A stretch of 64,000 nucleotides of DNA from contig JBNJEB010000001.1 in NCBI GenBank assembly GCA_051745425.1, positions 23,320-87,319 on the forward strand, written 5' to 3'. Under the pieces are notes generated by a model. The model worked only from the letters and a program-made list of their open reading frames with translations. It was not told the origin of the DNA and made no database searches. Below, in pieces: positions 1-9,812 of the stretch (position 1 is its first letter; every line of letters starts with the position of its first letter). This stretch comes from Bacillota bacterium (GTDB taxonomy: Bacteria > Bacillota > Halanaerobiia > Halanaerobiales > Halarsenatibacteraceae). A program made the position numbers and the translations under genes.

Positions 1-529
1 GACTAAAATTTTTATCAGAAAGAAAATTATATAAAGCCCTCCAGCTATCTGGAGCATATCCTAAATTAAATTTTTTAATATCCTCTTCATTGAATCCCCG
101 GTCATTGAGGTATTCTCTGGCTTCAATTGCTATATCTTTATTTAAAAGCAGATAATTATAAAATTTAGAAGCCAATTGATTTGCAGAAAATATAGCCTCC
201 CTTAACTTCATCTTTTCTTTATCAATTCCGCCTTTTATATCTACTTCAACGCCTGCCCTTTCAGCTAAAGTGAGTACTGATTCCTGAAAAGATAAATTAT
301 CAATTTCCTGAATAAAATTAATTGAGTCTCCTCCAGCCCCACAGCCAAAACAATAATAAAACTGTTTATTGGGATTCACAGTAAAAGAAGGAGTGCTTTC
401 CTGATGAAATGGACATAATGCCACATAATTCTTCCCTGAGCTTTTCAGGTCTACATACTCCCCGACCAACTCAACAATATCAATTTCAGCTTTTATTCTA
501 TTAATTATATCTCTTGATATAGAAGCCAT
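1..529 (-). CDS. dnaG: DNA primase DnaG, N-terminal part (gene runs off the left edge)
   Basis: Own translation of the minus strand from ATG 527-529: MASISRDIINRIKAEIDIVELVGEYVDLKSSGKNYVALCPFHQESTPSFTVNPNKQFYYCFGCGAGGDSINF. This is the CHC2 zinc-finger signature of primase. Absent from the ORF track because it is truncated. Confidence 0.9.
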   Translation of the reverse strand, partial: MASISRDIINRIKAEIDIVELVGEYVDLKSSGKNYVALCPFHQESTPSFTVNPNKQFYYCFGCGAGGDSINFIQEIDNLSFQESVLTLAERAGVEVDIKGGIDKEKMKLREAIFSANQLASKFYNYLLLNKDIAIEAREYLNDRGFNEEDIKKFNLGYAPDSWRALYNFLSDKNFS

Positions 530-583
530 AATTATCAATCCTATATTATATTTCGTTATAATTATTTAAAATCCTGCATCCTT

Positions 584-1594
584 CTAAAAGAAAGAAGATG
601 CCGGTATGAAAAGGTCTCTTCCCTGATTTATTGCATAGCGATCAGTCATGCCTGCTATATAATCTATTACAGCCTGTTCTTTATCTTCTTCTATTAACCT
701 ATTATAAAATTCTGCAGGCATTGATTTGGGGTTTTCAAAGTAATAATAATATAATTTCTCCAAAAGCTTTTGAGCTTTTTCTTCTTCCACTTTTGCTTTA
801 GAGCCAATATACACATTACTAAAAAGAAAATCTCTCAGCTCATTTGTTACTTCATCTATCTCATCAGACATTTCTATTATCTCACTTTCAGAGCTGGTAA
901 CTATTATATCTTTAACCATAACATCTATACGATCAGATTGCCTCTTACCCAGGATCTCTATACAACTAGCAGGTATATCACCCAGGCAGATAATATTTGC
1001 CCTCATAGCATCATCAAGGTCATGATTAATATAAGCAATTCTATCAGCAATTTTAACTATCTGGCCCTCAAGTGTTTCAGGCAGTTTTTCACCTGTATGA
1101 TTTAAAATGCCATCTCTTACTTCATAACTCAAATCAAGTCCAGATTGGCCTCCATTTCTACTTTCTAACTTATCAACCACCCTCAAGCTCTGCCGATTAT
1201 GCTGAAAACCTTTTTTAGAAAGCCTGTTTAAAACCTCTTCGCCGGCATGGCCAAAAGGAGTATGACCAAGATCATGGGCCAGAGCAATCGCTTCAGTTAA
1301 ATCTTCATTTAAGCCAAGAGCCCGGGCAATAGTCCTTGAAATTTGAGATACTTCCAGAGTATGGGTTAATCTAGTCCTGAAATGATCGCCCATAGGAGAA
1401 ATAAAGACCTGAGTTTTGTGTTTTAAACGCCTGAAGGCCTTTGAATGAATTATTCTATCTCTATCCTGCTGGAATATCATTCTATATTCACAGAGTTCTT
1501 CATCAACTCTTCTACCCTTACTTTTAGAACTAAACTGAGCCCTTGCCGAGAGCTTTTCAACTTCTATTTTTTCTAAATCTCGCCGGGTAAACAT
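584..1594 (-). CDS. dgt: dGTPase-like deoxynucleoside triphosphate triphosphohydrolase (HD domain)
   Basis: 336-aa ORF with HD-superfamily motifs (HSKAFRRLKHKTQVF, LAHDLGHTPFGHAGE). Lies directly upstream of dnaG. Confidence 0.85.
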   Translation of the reverse strand: MFTRRDLEKIEVEKLSARAQFSSKSKGRRVDEELCEYRMIFQQDRDRIIHSKAFRRLKHKTQVFISPMGDHFRTRLTHTLEVSQISRTIARALGLNEDLTEAIALAHDLGHTPFGHAGEEVLNRLSKKGFQHNRQSLRVVDKLESRNGGQSGLDLSYEVRDGILNHTGEKLPETLEGQIVKIADRIAYINHDLDDAMRANIICLGDIPASCIEILGKRQSDRIDVMVKDIIVTSSESEIIEMSDEIDEVTNELRDFLFSNVYIGSKAKVEEEKAQKLLEKLYYYYFENPKSMPAEFYNRLIEEDKEQAVIDYIAGMTDRYAINQGRDLFIPASSFF

Positions 1595-2392
1595 TTAAAA
1601 ATATTCCTGTAATTCGTTGGCCGATTCCTCAATCGATTTATTTGTAACATTAATCACCGGACAGCCAATTTTTTTCATGACTTTCTCGGCATAGTCCAAC
1701 TCTTCATTGATCCTTTTTATTGAAGCATACTGACTATCCTGACTTAAGCCTAAAGCCTTTAATCTCTCAAGTCTTATTTCATTTAATAAAAGAGGATCTA
1801 TTGTCAGGCCAATCACCTTATTTTCTGGGTTTTCATATAATAAGTTAGGAACATCAACCTCAGGTACAAGTGGAATATTAGCTGCCTTATATCCCCGGTA
1901 AGATAAATAAATACAGAGAGGTGTTTTTGAAGTTCTTGATACACCAATAAGAACAACATCAGCCAGTTCTATACCTTTTTTGTCATTTCTATCATCATAT
2001 TTTACTGTGAATTCCATTGCCTCAACCCTTTTAAAATAATTCTGGTCTAGTTGATGCCTTATACCTGGTTGCAATACTGGCTTGGAATTAAGCATATCTT
2101 CCATTTTCTCCATTATAGGTCCCATAACATCAATCATAATAATATCTCTTTCTCGTCCAAATGTATAAAATTCTTTTCTTAATTCTGGATTAATCAATGT
2201 ATATACAATCATGGCATCTTTATCAACAGCTTTCAGGACAATATTCTTTAACTCTCTAACAGTCTTAATGTGAGAAAATTTAATTGTTTCTATTCTATCA
2301 GTATCAAATTGACTGGCAGCAGCATCAACTACACTATTGGCAGTCTCTCCCAAAGAATCAGAAACTACATATACAGTTTTTTTGTCGTCCAT
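1595..2392 (-). CDS. pyruvate phosphate dikinase / PEP synthase regulatory protein (kinase/pyrophosphorylase, DUF299)
   Basis: 265 aa. N-terminal VYVVSDSLGETA and P-loop-like GVSRTSKTP. Occupies the position of B. subtilis yqfL next to glyS. Confidence 0.85.
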   Translation of the reverse strand: MDDKKTVYVVSDSLGETANSVVDAAASQFDTDRIETIKFSHIKTVRELKNIVLKAVDKDAMIVYTLINPELRKEFYTFGRERDIIMIDVMGPIMEKMEDMLNSKPVLQPGIRHQLDQNYFKRVEAMEFTVKYDDRNDKKGIELADVVLIGVSRTSKTPLCIYLSYRGYKAANIPLVPEVDVPNLLYENPENKVIGLTIDPLLLNEIRLERLKALGLSQDSQYASIKRINEELDYAEKVMKKIGCPVINVTNKSIEESANELQEYF

Positions 2393-2406
2393 GGCAAAAT
2401 GCCTCC

Positions 2407-4464
2407 CTAATTTTCATCTAAAGCTATCTCATTGATATCCATAACTGGCTTAACTAATCTGGAAACCCTTTCAAGTAAAACTATTCTATTCTTTCTAACT
2501 TCGTTATTATCTACCATTACAACTATATTATCAAGGAAATTATCGACCATATCCTTAAGAGCAGCAATTTCTTCTAGGGCCTGATAATAATCATCTCTAT
2601 CAAAATAACTTTTTATTTTATCATTAATTTTAACATATTCAGTATAGAGGGCCTTCTCTTCAGTTTCGTTGATTAAATCTGGCTTAATCTCTTCCAGACC
2701 CTCGGCCTGGGCAGCAAGATTCCCGCATCTCTGCAGGCCATATAAAAGCTTAACAAAACGATCATAATCTTTATTTCTAAATTTCATAATTGCTTCCAGT
2801 CTATTGTTAAGATCTTTAAGATCATAAAAATCAACTGCCATAGCTGCATCTAAAACATCATATCTAATCCCATTTTCAGAAAAATAATTTTTTATTCTCT
2901 GTTTAAAGAAGTCAAAAACCTTCTCTTCAGTCTCTGCACCTGCTTTAAGAAGATTACTGGCTATCTTAACTAAACTATCCAATTCTAGTTCAATCTTACC
3001 AGTCAGGATTATTCTTATAATCCCGGTAGCCTTTCTCCTTAGAGCAAAGGGATCCTGGCTTCCTGTAGGGATATTTCCTAAATAAAAATTACTTACTATA
3101 TCATCAATCTTATCGGCAATACTCAAAAGCCCTGCCTCAATATTTTCTGGTAAACTATCACCAGCTCCTGCCGGTTTATAATGCTGACCGATAGCTTTAG
3201 CTACATCTTGAGATTCACCCTTTTCAGCAGCATATTTAGCCCCCATGATTCCCTGGAGAGATGCAAATTCTCTGACCATACTTGTGGCCAGGTCAAATTT
3301 AGCCAGTTCAGCAGCCCTGATTAAATCATCTCTATCATTGCCGGTTAAACCAACTAATTCTGCTAATTCACTTGATATCTGCTTTAATCTCTTAACCTTA
3401 TCAGCTAAAGAACCAAGTTCTTCCTGATAAACTATCTCCTTAAGTTTTTCATTGAAATAGTCAGGTTCTTTAGAAATATCATCATTATAAAAGAAAACTG
3501 CATCAGATAATCTGGCTCTAATAACCTTCTCATTACCATCTATCACATTATCTAGCTTTTCTACATCTCCATTTCTAACTCCAATAAATGCAGAATATAA
3601 TTGACCAGATTTAATAACAGGAAAATATCTCTGGTGTTCAATCATAGAAGTCGTCAGTACTTCTTCAGGTAATTCTAAAAACTCATCTTTAAATTGCCCT
3701 TTAAAGGCTGTAGGATATTCAATTAGATTAACTACCTCTGCCAGTAAACCTTCAGACAGATAAATTTCTTCATTTTCAGCTAATATATTATCTATTTGAG
3801 CCAAAATCATTTCTTCCCGCTCATTTTGATTAACAATCACTGCTTCTTCTTTTAACTTTTCGAAATAGTCGCCTGCCTTATCTATTCTGAATTCAGAATC
3901 TCCTAAAAATCTATGGCCATTGCTAAATCTATCTGAACTCAATCCTGCCAGCTCAAATTCTATTATTTGATCCCCTAGCAAAGCCATAATCCAGCGGATA
4001 GGCCTGATAAAACGATAATCATTATCTCCCCAGCGCATCTTTTGAGGTTGGGGCAATTTATCAATGATATCCGGGAGAATTCTTCCTAAAACTTCAGTTG
4101 TCGGTTCTCCTTCTATGACCTTTTCGGCATATAAATAGCCTTCTCTTTCAACTAAGTCATCTACTTCCAGCTTTTGACCCCTGGCAAATCCCTGACCAGC
4201 TCTTGTAGGATTTCCATCATCATCAAAGGCTATTTCAACTGATGGGCCTCGAACAATCTCCTCCCGATCAGCCTGTTTATCTGATAAACCTTCACCAGAG
4301 AGAACAAGCCTCCTGGGGGTTGAATAAACTTCTAGGTTCTCATAATCTATTAATTCTTCTGCAAAGCTTTCTTTAGCCAGTCTCAGCAAATTATTTCTTA
4401 AATTAACGACCATTTTGGCCGGAATTTCTTCAGTTCCTAGCTCAAATATTAATTTATTACTCAT
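2407..4464 (-). CDS. glyS: glycine--tRNA ligase beta subunit
   Basis: Long ORF with GlyS family sequence. Start moved to ATG 4462-4464 ([15 protein letters not shown]), which has AAGGAGG upstream and overlaps the glyQ stop (ATGAGTAA). Confidence 0.95.
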   Translation of the reverse strand: MSNKLIFELGTEEIPAKMVVNLRNNLLRLAKESFAEELIDYENLEVYSTPRRLVLSGEGLSDKQADREEIVRGPSVEIAFDDDGNPTRAGQGFARGQKLEVDDLVEREGYLYAEKVIEGEPTTEVLGRILPDIIDKLPQPQKMRWGDNDYRFIRPIRWIMALLGDQIIEFELAGLSSDRFSNGHRFLGDSEFRIDKAGDYFEKLKEEAVIVNQNEREEMILAQIDNILAENEEIYLSEGLLAEVVNLIEYPTAFKGQFKDEFLELPEEVLTTSMIEHQRYFPVIKSGQLYSAFIGVRNGDVEKLDNVIDGNEKVIRARLSDAVFFYNDDISKEPDYFNEKLKEIVYQEELGSLADKVKRLKQISSELAELVGLTGNDRDDLIRAAELAKFDLATSMVREFASLQGIMGAKYAAEKGESQDVAKAIGQHYKPAGAGDSLPENIEAGLLSIADKIDDIVSNFYLGNIPTGSQDPFALRRKATGIIRIILTGKIELELDSLVKIASNLLKAGAETEEKVFDFFKQRIKNYFSENGIRYDVLDAAMAVDFYDLKDLNNRLEAIMKFRNKDYDRFVKLLYGLQRCGNLAAQAEGLEEIKPDLINETEEKALYTEYVKINDKIKSYFDRDDYYQALEEIAALKDMVDNFLDNIVVMVDNNEVRKNRIVLLERVSRLVKPVMDINEIALDEN

Positions 4465-5323
4465 TACCTGAATCCTCCTTTTCATTCTGAACTGCCAGAT
4501 ATACTTTAGCTGTCTTCTGAGCCAGATTTCTAACCCGCTTAATATATTTGGTCCTCTCTGTTACACTAATAGCACCCCGGGCATCAAGTATATTAAAAAC
4601 ATGAGAAGTTTTTAAAGTATAATCATAAGCAGGCAGAGCCAGATCATCAGCTAATGCTTCCTCGGCCTCGGCTTCAAAATCATCAAATAATCTATGAAGC
4701 CTGGAGACATCTGCTACTTCAAAATTATATTTAGACTGTTCATATTCATTACGATAATAAATATCACCATAAGTTACTCCTTCAACCCAGGTAAGATCAT
4801 ATACATTTTCTACCTCCTGAAGATACATAGCAATTCTTTCAAGCCCATAGGTAAGCTCAACAGTTACAGGTCTGGCATCTAAACCGCCAACTTGCTGAAA
4901 ATATGTAAACTGAGTAATTTCCATGCCATCTAGCCAGACTTCCCAGCCAAGCCCCCAGGATCCTAAAGTTGGCGCCTCCCAGTTATCTTCAACAAAACGG
5001 ATATCATGTTCAAGGGGATCAATACCCAATTCTCCTAAACTCTCAAGATAAAGATCCTGAATGTTTTCAGGTGAAGGTTTCATAATAACCTGAAATTGAA
5101 AATGTCTCTGAACTCGATTCGGATTATCACCATATCTGCCATCCTGTGGCCTTCTTGAAGGTTGAACATAGGCTGAATTCCAGGGCTTATCACCTAAGGC
5201 CCTTAAAAATGTACCTGGACACATAGTTCCTGCCCCTACCTCTATATCATATGGTTGTTCTATAACGCATCCCTGCTCACCCCAGTATTGGCTCAACTTC
5301 TGAATAATATCCTGAAATAACAT
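4457..5323 (-). CDS. glyQ: glycine--tRNA ligase alpha subunit
   Basis: 288 aa. Highly conserved GlyQ sequence ([17 protein letters not shown]...[12 protein letters not shown]). Confidence 0.95.
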   Translation of the reverse strand: MLFQDIIQKLSQYWGEQGCVIEQPYDIEVGAGTMCPGTFLRALGDKPWNSAYVQPSRRPQDGRYGDNPNRVQRHFQFQVIMKPSPENIQDLYLESLGELGIDPLEHDIRFVEDNWEAPTLGSWGLGWEVWLDGMEITQFTYFQQVGGLDARPVTVELTYGLERIAMYLQEVENVYDLTWVEGVTYGDIYYRNEYEQSKYNFEVADVSRLHRLFDDFEAEAEEALADDLALPAYDYTLKTSHVFNILDARGAISVTERTKYIKRVRNLAQKTAKVYLAVQNEKEDSGNE

Positions 5324-5360
5324 AAAACCATCTCCCTCATAGTAACATTTTAATTAAATC

Positions 5361-5389
5361 AAAAATACCCCACCCCGTAAGGGACGAGG
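5361..5389 (-). terminator. intrinsic terminator between recO and glyQ
   Basis: Minus-strand hairpin CCUCGUCCC-UUAC-GGGGUGGGG (includes G-U pairs) followed by UAUUUUU. Begins 5 nt after the recO stop. Confidence 0.6.
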
Positions 5390-5394
5390 TACTG

Positions 5395-6153
5395 CTAGCT
5401 ATACAGATCAAGCATACTTAGTGCCTTAAAGTTTAAATCTAAATGATATTTAATAAAATCTAATAATAGTTTATTTAACTTATTAAAGCCTTGCTCAGTT
5501 ATCACTGGAAATCTATCAGCACCAAAACCTTTTTCTTTTGAACGAAGCAAGAATTTAACCTCATTTTTATTTAAAATCACTGCCAGATCTCTCTGATAGT
5601 TATCTGGAACAGCTTCCTGGCAGAAAAATTTCCCCTCTTCAATCAAAAAATAATAATCAATCTCCCTATCTAAGCCATTACAGTCATCACAGCAGATTAA
5701 TTGGAAGGGATAACCTAACAAAGCTAGCGCAGCTGTATTAAAAATTACCATCAATTTTTTATATTGAATCTCTTTTTCAATACCTTCTAACTTAATCAGG
5801 CTCAGAATCAGGTGATTAAAATACAAAGGATTCATCTCAGCAGTACCGCTTAAATAACAAAATTCTAAGATATAACTGCCATATGAAAGTTTATTGAAAT
5901 CATCTTTTATGCCTGGAAATTTATGTTTGGAGTTAACATCTATTATTTTACCTAAACCATCACTATCATAATAAGTTAAATCAAGCCAGTTAAACTGCTG
6001 AATTAACCCGAGATGAGAACTTTTAAATGACTTGCCACCACCAAAGGCCAGCCTTAAAATACCGGCTTTTTTTGTATAAAAAGTAATTAACTGATCTTTC
6101 TCTCCTAAATCTGAGCGTTTTAAAACAACTGCTTCAGTACTTTTTTCAGCCAC
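5395..6153 (-). CDS. recO: DNA repair protein RecO
   Basis: 252 aa with an N-terminal OB-like region and a Cys-rich zinc motif (LICCDDCNG...FFCQEA). Conserved position before glyQS. Confidence 0.85.
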   Translation of the reverse strand: MAEKSTEAVVLKRSDLGEKDQLITFYTKKAGILRLAFGGGKSFKSSHLGLIQQFNWLDLTYYDSDGLGKIIDVNSKHKFPGIKDDFNKLSYGSYILEFCYLSGTAEMNPLYFNHLILSLIKLEGIEKEIQYKKLMVIFNTAALALLGYPFQLICCDDCNGLDREIDYYFLIEEGKFFCQEAVPDNYQRDLAVILNKNEVKFLLRSKEKGFGADRFPVITEQGFNKLNKLLLDFIKYHLDLNFKALSMLDLYS

Positions 6154-6160
6154 TTTAAAT

Positions 6161-6856
6161 CTAGTCTACTTCATCAGTTACTATTTCAACGCCAGAACTG
6201 GCTCCAATTCTATTAGCACCGGCATCAAGCATAGCCAGGGCATCTTTAAAGTTCTTGATTCCACCTGAAGCTTTGACCCCAACATCTCTACCAACTGTTT
6301 TTCTCATAACGCTAACAGCTTCGACTGTGGCATTTCCTGACCCGAATCCAGTAGAAGTTTTAACAAAATCTGCCCCTGCATCTTTTGCAATTTCGCAGGC
6401 CTTAACTATCTCATCTTCTTCTAGATAGCAGGTTTCAAGAATTACCTTAACAATAATATCTGAAGTAATCCCGGCAGTATTTGTCGAATCAACTACTGAT
6501 TTAATATCTGATTTGACCAGATCAAAGGCTTTTGATTTAAAGGCACTTATATTCATTACCATATCAATCTCCTGAGCACCATTTTTAATTGCATTCCTGG
6601 TCTCAAACGCCTTTGTTTCAGTTGTATTGGCCCCTAGAGGAAATCCAATAACAGTAGTAACTTTAACTGAACTATCTTTTAATAATTTATTGGCATAGGG
6701 AACAAATATAGGGTGAACACAGACTGTAGCAAACTCGTATTCCAGAGCTTCCTCACATAATTTCTTTATATCTTCCACTTTACCTGTAGGTTTTAAAAAG
6801 GTATGATCAATCATTTTAGCCATATCTTTAGGTTTAATTGCCATTTTTATTTTCAC
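6161..6856 (-). CDS. deoC: deoxyribose-phosphate aldolase
   Basis: DeoC family sequence: MIDHTFLKP near the N-terminus and a Schiff-base lysine context DFVKTSTGF. Confidence 0.9.
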   Translation of the reverse strand: MKIKMAIKPKDMAKMIDHTFLKPTGKVEDIKKLCEEALEYEFATVCVHPIFVPYANKLLKDSSVKVTTVIGFPLGANTTETKAFETRNAIKNGAQEIDMVMNISAFKSKAFDLVKSDIKSVVDSTNTAGITSDIIVKVILETCYLEEDEIVKACEIAKDAGADFVKTSTGFGSGNATVEAVSVMRKTVGRDVGVKASGGIKNFKDALAMLDAGANRIGASSGVEIVTDEVD

Positions 6857-6941
6857 TCCTTAACTAAAATATAAATAAATTTACTATAATTCTTTTAAAG
6901 TCATCTATTTTTATATTCTCGATTAAAAATAATACTCCTGC

Positions 6942-7832
6942 TTAATTTTCATCTTTATAGCCAAATCTTTTTAACCAGAGTTCATTTTTCCGCCATTTTT
7001 TCTTCTCTTTTACCCAGAGATCAAGAAAAACCTGACTGCCTTTTAACTTTTCAATCTCTTCTCTGGCCATTTGCCCGATTTTCTTTAGCATCTTTCCATT
7101 CTTGCCGATGATAATTCCCTTATGACTGGATCTTTCAACATAAATATTTGCCCTTACATAAATCATGCCATCATCTCGCTCTTTTATCTCCTCAACCATA
7201 ATGGCAGTTCCATAAGGAATTTCATCTCTTAATAAATGAAAAATCTGCTCCCTGATTAATTCAGCTACTAAATCCCGTTCCAGTTGGTCGGTAAACATCT
7301 CTTCAGGGTAATATTTCGGACCTTCAGGTAACTTTTCAATTAATATCCTCTCAAGATTATCAAAACCCTTGCCCTGGGTTGCTGAAATAGCAACCGGTTC
7401 TAAACCAGTTTTTTCTCGATATAATTTTAGTCTATTTACAAGTTTTTTATTACTGACTTTATCTGCTTTATTGGCAACCAGAATGATTTCAGTCCCAACA
7501 TCCTTAATCTGGTCAAAAATAAATTGGTCTCCTTTTCCAAAACCAGAAGTACTATCAACAACAAAAAAAATCAAATCTATATTTTTTAAACTGCTATAAA
7601 TCTGATCCAGCATATATTCATCAAGTTTGTTCTTAACTTTATGAACCCCTGGGGTATCAACAAAAACAGCCTGAAATTTATCAGTAGTTAAAATAGCCTT
7701 TATCTTCTGCCTGGTAGTCTGGGGCCGGGCTGAAACAATCGCAGCTTTTTCGCCAATCAATCTATTAACCAGGGTAGATTTACCAACATTAGGCCTGCCT
7801 ACAACAGTTATAAAACCTGATTTAAAAGCCAT
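6942..7832 (-). CDS. era: GTPase Era
   Basis: G1 GRPNVGKST, G3 DTPG, G4 NKADK, and a C-terminal KH domain (KGIIIGKNGKMLKKIG). Confidence 0.95.
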   Translation of the reverse strand: MAFKSGFITVVGRPNVGKSTLVNRLIGEKAAIVSARPQTTRQKIKAILTTDKFQAVFVDTPGVHKVKNKLDEYMLDQIYSSLKNIDLIFFVVDSTSGFGKGDQFIFDQIKDVGTEIILVANKADKVSNKKLVNRLKLYREKTGLEPVAISATQGKGFDNLERILIEKLPEGPKYYPEEMFTDQLERDLVAELIREQIFHLLRDEIPYGTAIMVEEIKERDDGMIYVRANIYVERSSHKGIIIGKNGKMLKKIGQMAREEIEKLKGSQVFLDLWVKEKKKWRKNELWLKRFGYKDEN

Positions 7833-8236
7833 TATTTATTCATATCCTCTGAAGTAAAAAAGCCTGGCAGCAATTCAGCTGCTGTAGTAAATTCTTTATC
7901 TTCAGCCAGATTGTATAAATGAAGATCCATCCCTGGCGAGAATTCATTCATTACCTGACGACAGGCACCACAGGGAGAAACAGGTCCAGGTGTATCGCCA
8001 ACAATTGCCATAGCCTTAAATTCAGTCTCACCGGCAGAAACTGCCTTAAAAATAGCAGTCCTCTCGGCACAATTAGTTAAACTAAATGAGGCATTCTCAA
8101 TATTACAGCCAGTATATATATTGTCATTTACAGTTAAAAGAGCTGCCCCTACCGGGAATCCTGAATAAGGAACATAGGCTTCTTCTCTGGCTTTTTTAGC
8201 CATCTTCTTTAATTTTTCTATAGTTTTTTTATCCAT
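7832..8236 (-). CDS. cdd: cytidine deaminase
   Basis: Zinc ligand motifs CAERTA and PCGACRQ. Start set at ATG 8234-8236 (MDKKTIEK) behind GGAGG. Confidence 0.9.
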   Translation of the reverse strand: MDKKTIEKLKKMAKKAREEAYVPYSGFPVGAALLTVNDNIYTGCNIENASFSLTNCAERTAIFKAVSAGETEFKAMAIVGDTPGPVSPCGACRQVMNEFSPGMDLHLYNLAEDKEFTTAAELLPGFFTSEDMNK

Positions 8237-8270
8237 ATTTATCTTACCTCCATACTTACATCTAAAAGTC

Positions 8271-9350
8271 TTAATCAAATTCAATTCTGGCAGAGTTTGG
8301 CATGACTTGAATCCAGGTTTTCCCGGAGTTTATTAAAACCTCCTGGCCATCTGCATCATAGAAGCGAATTCTCCCATTATTTCTTGCCCAGAAAAGCTCC
8401 TTTTTTCTGCTATTATTAATTAAATAAGCCTGACCACCAGAATCAAGGTCTATTGATATTCTGCCAACATCATCTATAACTTTTGTATCTGCATGAATAA
8501 CAATGATATTATCTGCCGATAACTGTTCACCGCTTTCAACTTTATGGGGCTTGTCATTAATATAACGTTTGTACTTGCCTTCAGAATAATCATAAATATA
8601 ACTAACCAGATAGTTACCCCAGTAAAATAAATTGATCTTTTCAACAATCTCCTTTTTTTCTTTAGATACCGGATTATTTCCAGGAGTAAAATCAAATTTA
8701 TAAGCTGAAAGGTCCTGCTGCCAGTCAAGTCCTTCAAGATAATTCTTTACTTTTTCGTTTCCAGTATAAAGATTATGGGGCATTCTCCGCTCACTGCTCC
8801 GCCAATAATACTGGCTCCGGCTAATTTCATCTAAACTTAAAATATCTTCAGCAGAAATTCTGGCATAACCGCCTGGACTTGCTCCAGCATGAAGCAAAAG
8901 TGCACCATGTTCAGCAGATAGATCACCTATATAATCTCTAACACTTCTTATTGGGCCAATCTTTTCAGGTAGTTCTTTTAAAAAAACAGGCAGAAACCTG
9001 GTAATACCACCTTCAGCCAGAACCTCGTAAACTAAGTCAGCCTCATTAAGACCTGCCTGCGGTCTGGATCTAGGATGATTTTCAACAGATACCATAACCG
9101 GTCGCTTTAAATACTGGCGATCTCCCAATTGATAATAACCTGGTAATGAAAATTTATCATTAAGAGAGGTATCAAAATTATTTTCATAAAAATCAAAGTA
9201 ATCCTGATAACCTATTCTATTAAACAGCTCATACATTCCGTCAGCAACTTTTCCAGTTTCAGACTGAAAAAAGCAGCCACCGATAACAGATAATATGATT
9301 GTAATGACCAAAATAAAAGCAAAATATTTTCTATAATTCAAGCCTTTCAA
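8271..9350 (-). CDS. DUF3048 (YerB-like) exported protein/lipoprotein
   Basis: N-terminal hydrophobic segment with lipobox-like VIGGC. Conserved block HPRSRPQAGLNEADLVYEVLAEGGITRF is typical of the DUF3048 family. Confidence 0.7.
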   Translation of the reverse strand: MKGLNYRKYFAFILVITIILSVIGGCFFQSETGKVADGMYELFNRIGYQDYFDFYENNFDTSLNDKFSLPGYYQLGDRQYLKRPVMVSVENHPRSRPQAGLNEADLVYEVLAEGGITRFLPVFLKELPEKIGPIRSVRDYIGDLSAEHGALLLHAGASPGGYARISAEDILSLDEISRSQYYWRSSERRMPHNLYTGNEKVKNYLEGLDWQQDLSAYKFDFTPGNNPVSKEKKEIVEKINLFYWGNYLVSYIYDYSEGKYKRYINDKPHKVESGEQLSADNIIVIHADTKVIDDVGRISIDLDSGGQAYLINNSRKKELFWARNNGRIRFYDADGQEVLINSGKTWIQVMPNSARIEFD

Positions 9351-9374
9351 CCCCAGATATCAGTTATATTTAAA

Positions 9375-9812
9375 TTAACGGGTAAATCCATGTCTTTCTA
9401 ATAATTTCTCTTCAGCCTCACGCATTTCATTTTTGTCAGAATCAGTTTTATGATTATAGCCTAAAATGTGGAGCAAACCATGAACCAGCAGAAAAGCAAC
9501 CTCTCTCCGCAAACTATGGCCATAATCTTCAGCCTGTTCAACTGCCCTTGGTAAAGAGATTATTACCTCACCTAAAAGTTCTTCATCTATCGGGAAAGAG
9601 AGAACATCGGTAACTTCATCTTTCTCTCGATAAGTCTTATTTAATTCTTTAATTTTCAAATTATCGACAAAGGTAACGCTTACCTCGGCATTTTCAATTC
9701 CTTTATCTAAAAGCAGATTATCTGCCAGCTGATTTAAATCATTAAGCAGATCAGAATCAAGTCTTTGATCAGCAATTAAATTATTAATCATAACATTATT
9801 TGTTATTGCCAT
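9375..9812 (-). CDS. ybeY: rRNA maturation endoribonuclease YbeY
   Basis: Metal-binding motif HGLLHILGYNH. Start chosen at ATG 9810-9812 (MAITNN), 9 nt after GGAGG. Confidence 0.9.
   Translation of the reverse strand: MAITNNVMINNLIADQRLDSDLLNDLNQLADNLLLDKGIENAEVSVTFVDNLKIKELNKTYREKDEVTDVLSFPIDEELLGEVIISLPRAVEQAEDYGHSLRREVAFLLVHGLLHILGYNHKTDSDKNEMREAEEKLLERHGFTR

Noticed and set aside
5395-5700. Possible glycine T-box hidden in the recO 3' end. It contains an AGAGAG element and a UUUAAGGCACU that resembles a GGC specifier loop.
   Set aside because: There is no GGGTGGTACC-type T-box or antiterminator sequence. The GGC look-alike lies only ~35 nt from the terminator, which is too close. The region encodes a full-length RecO C-terminus.
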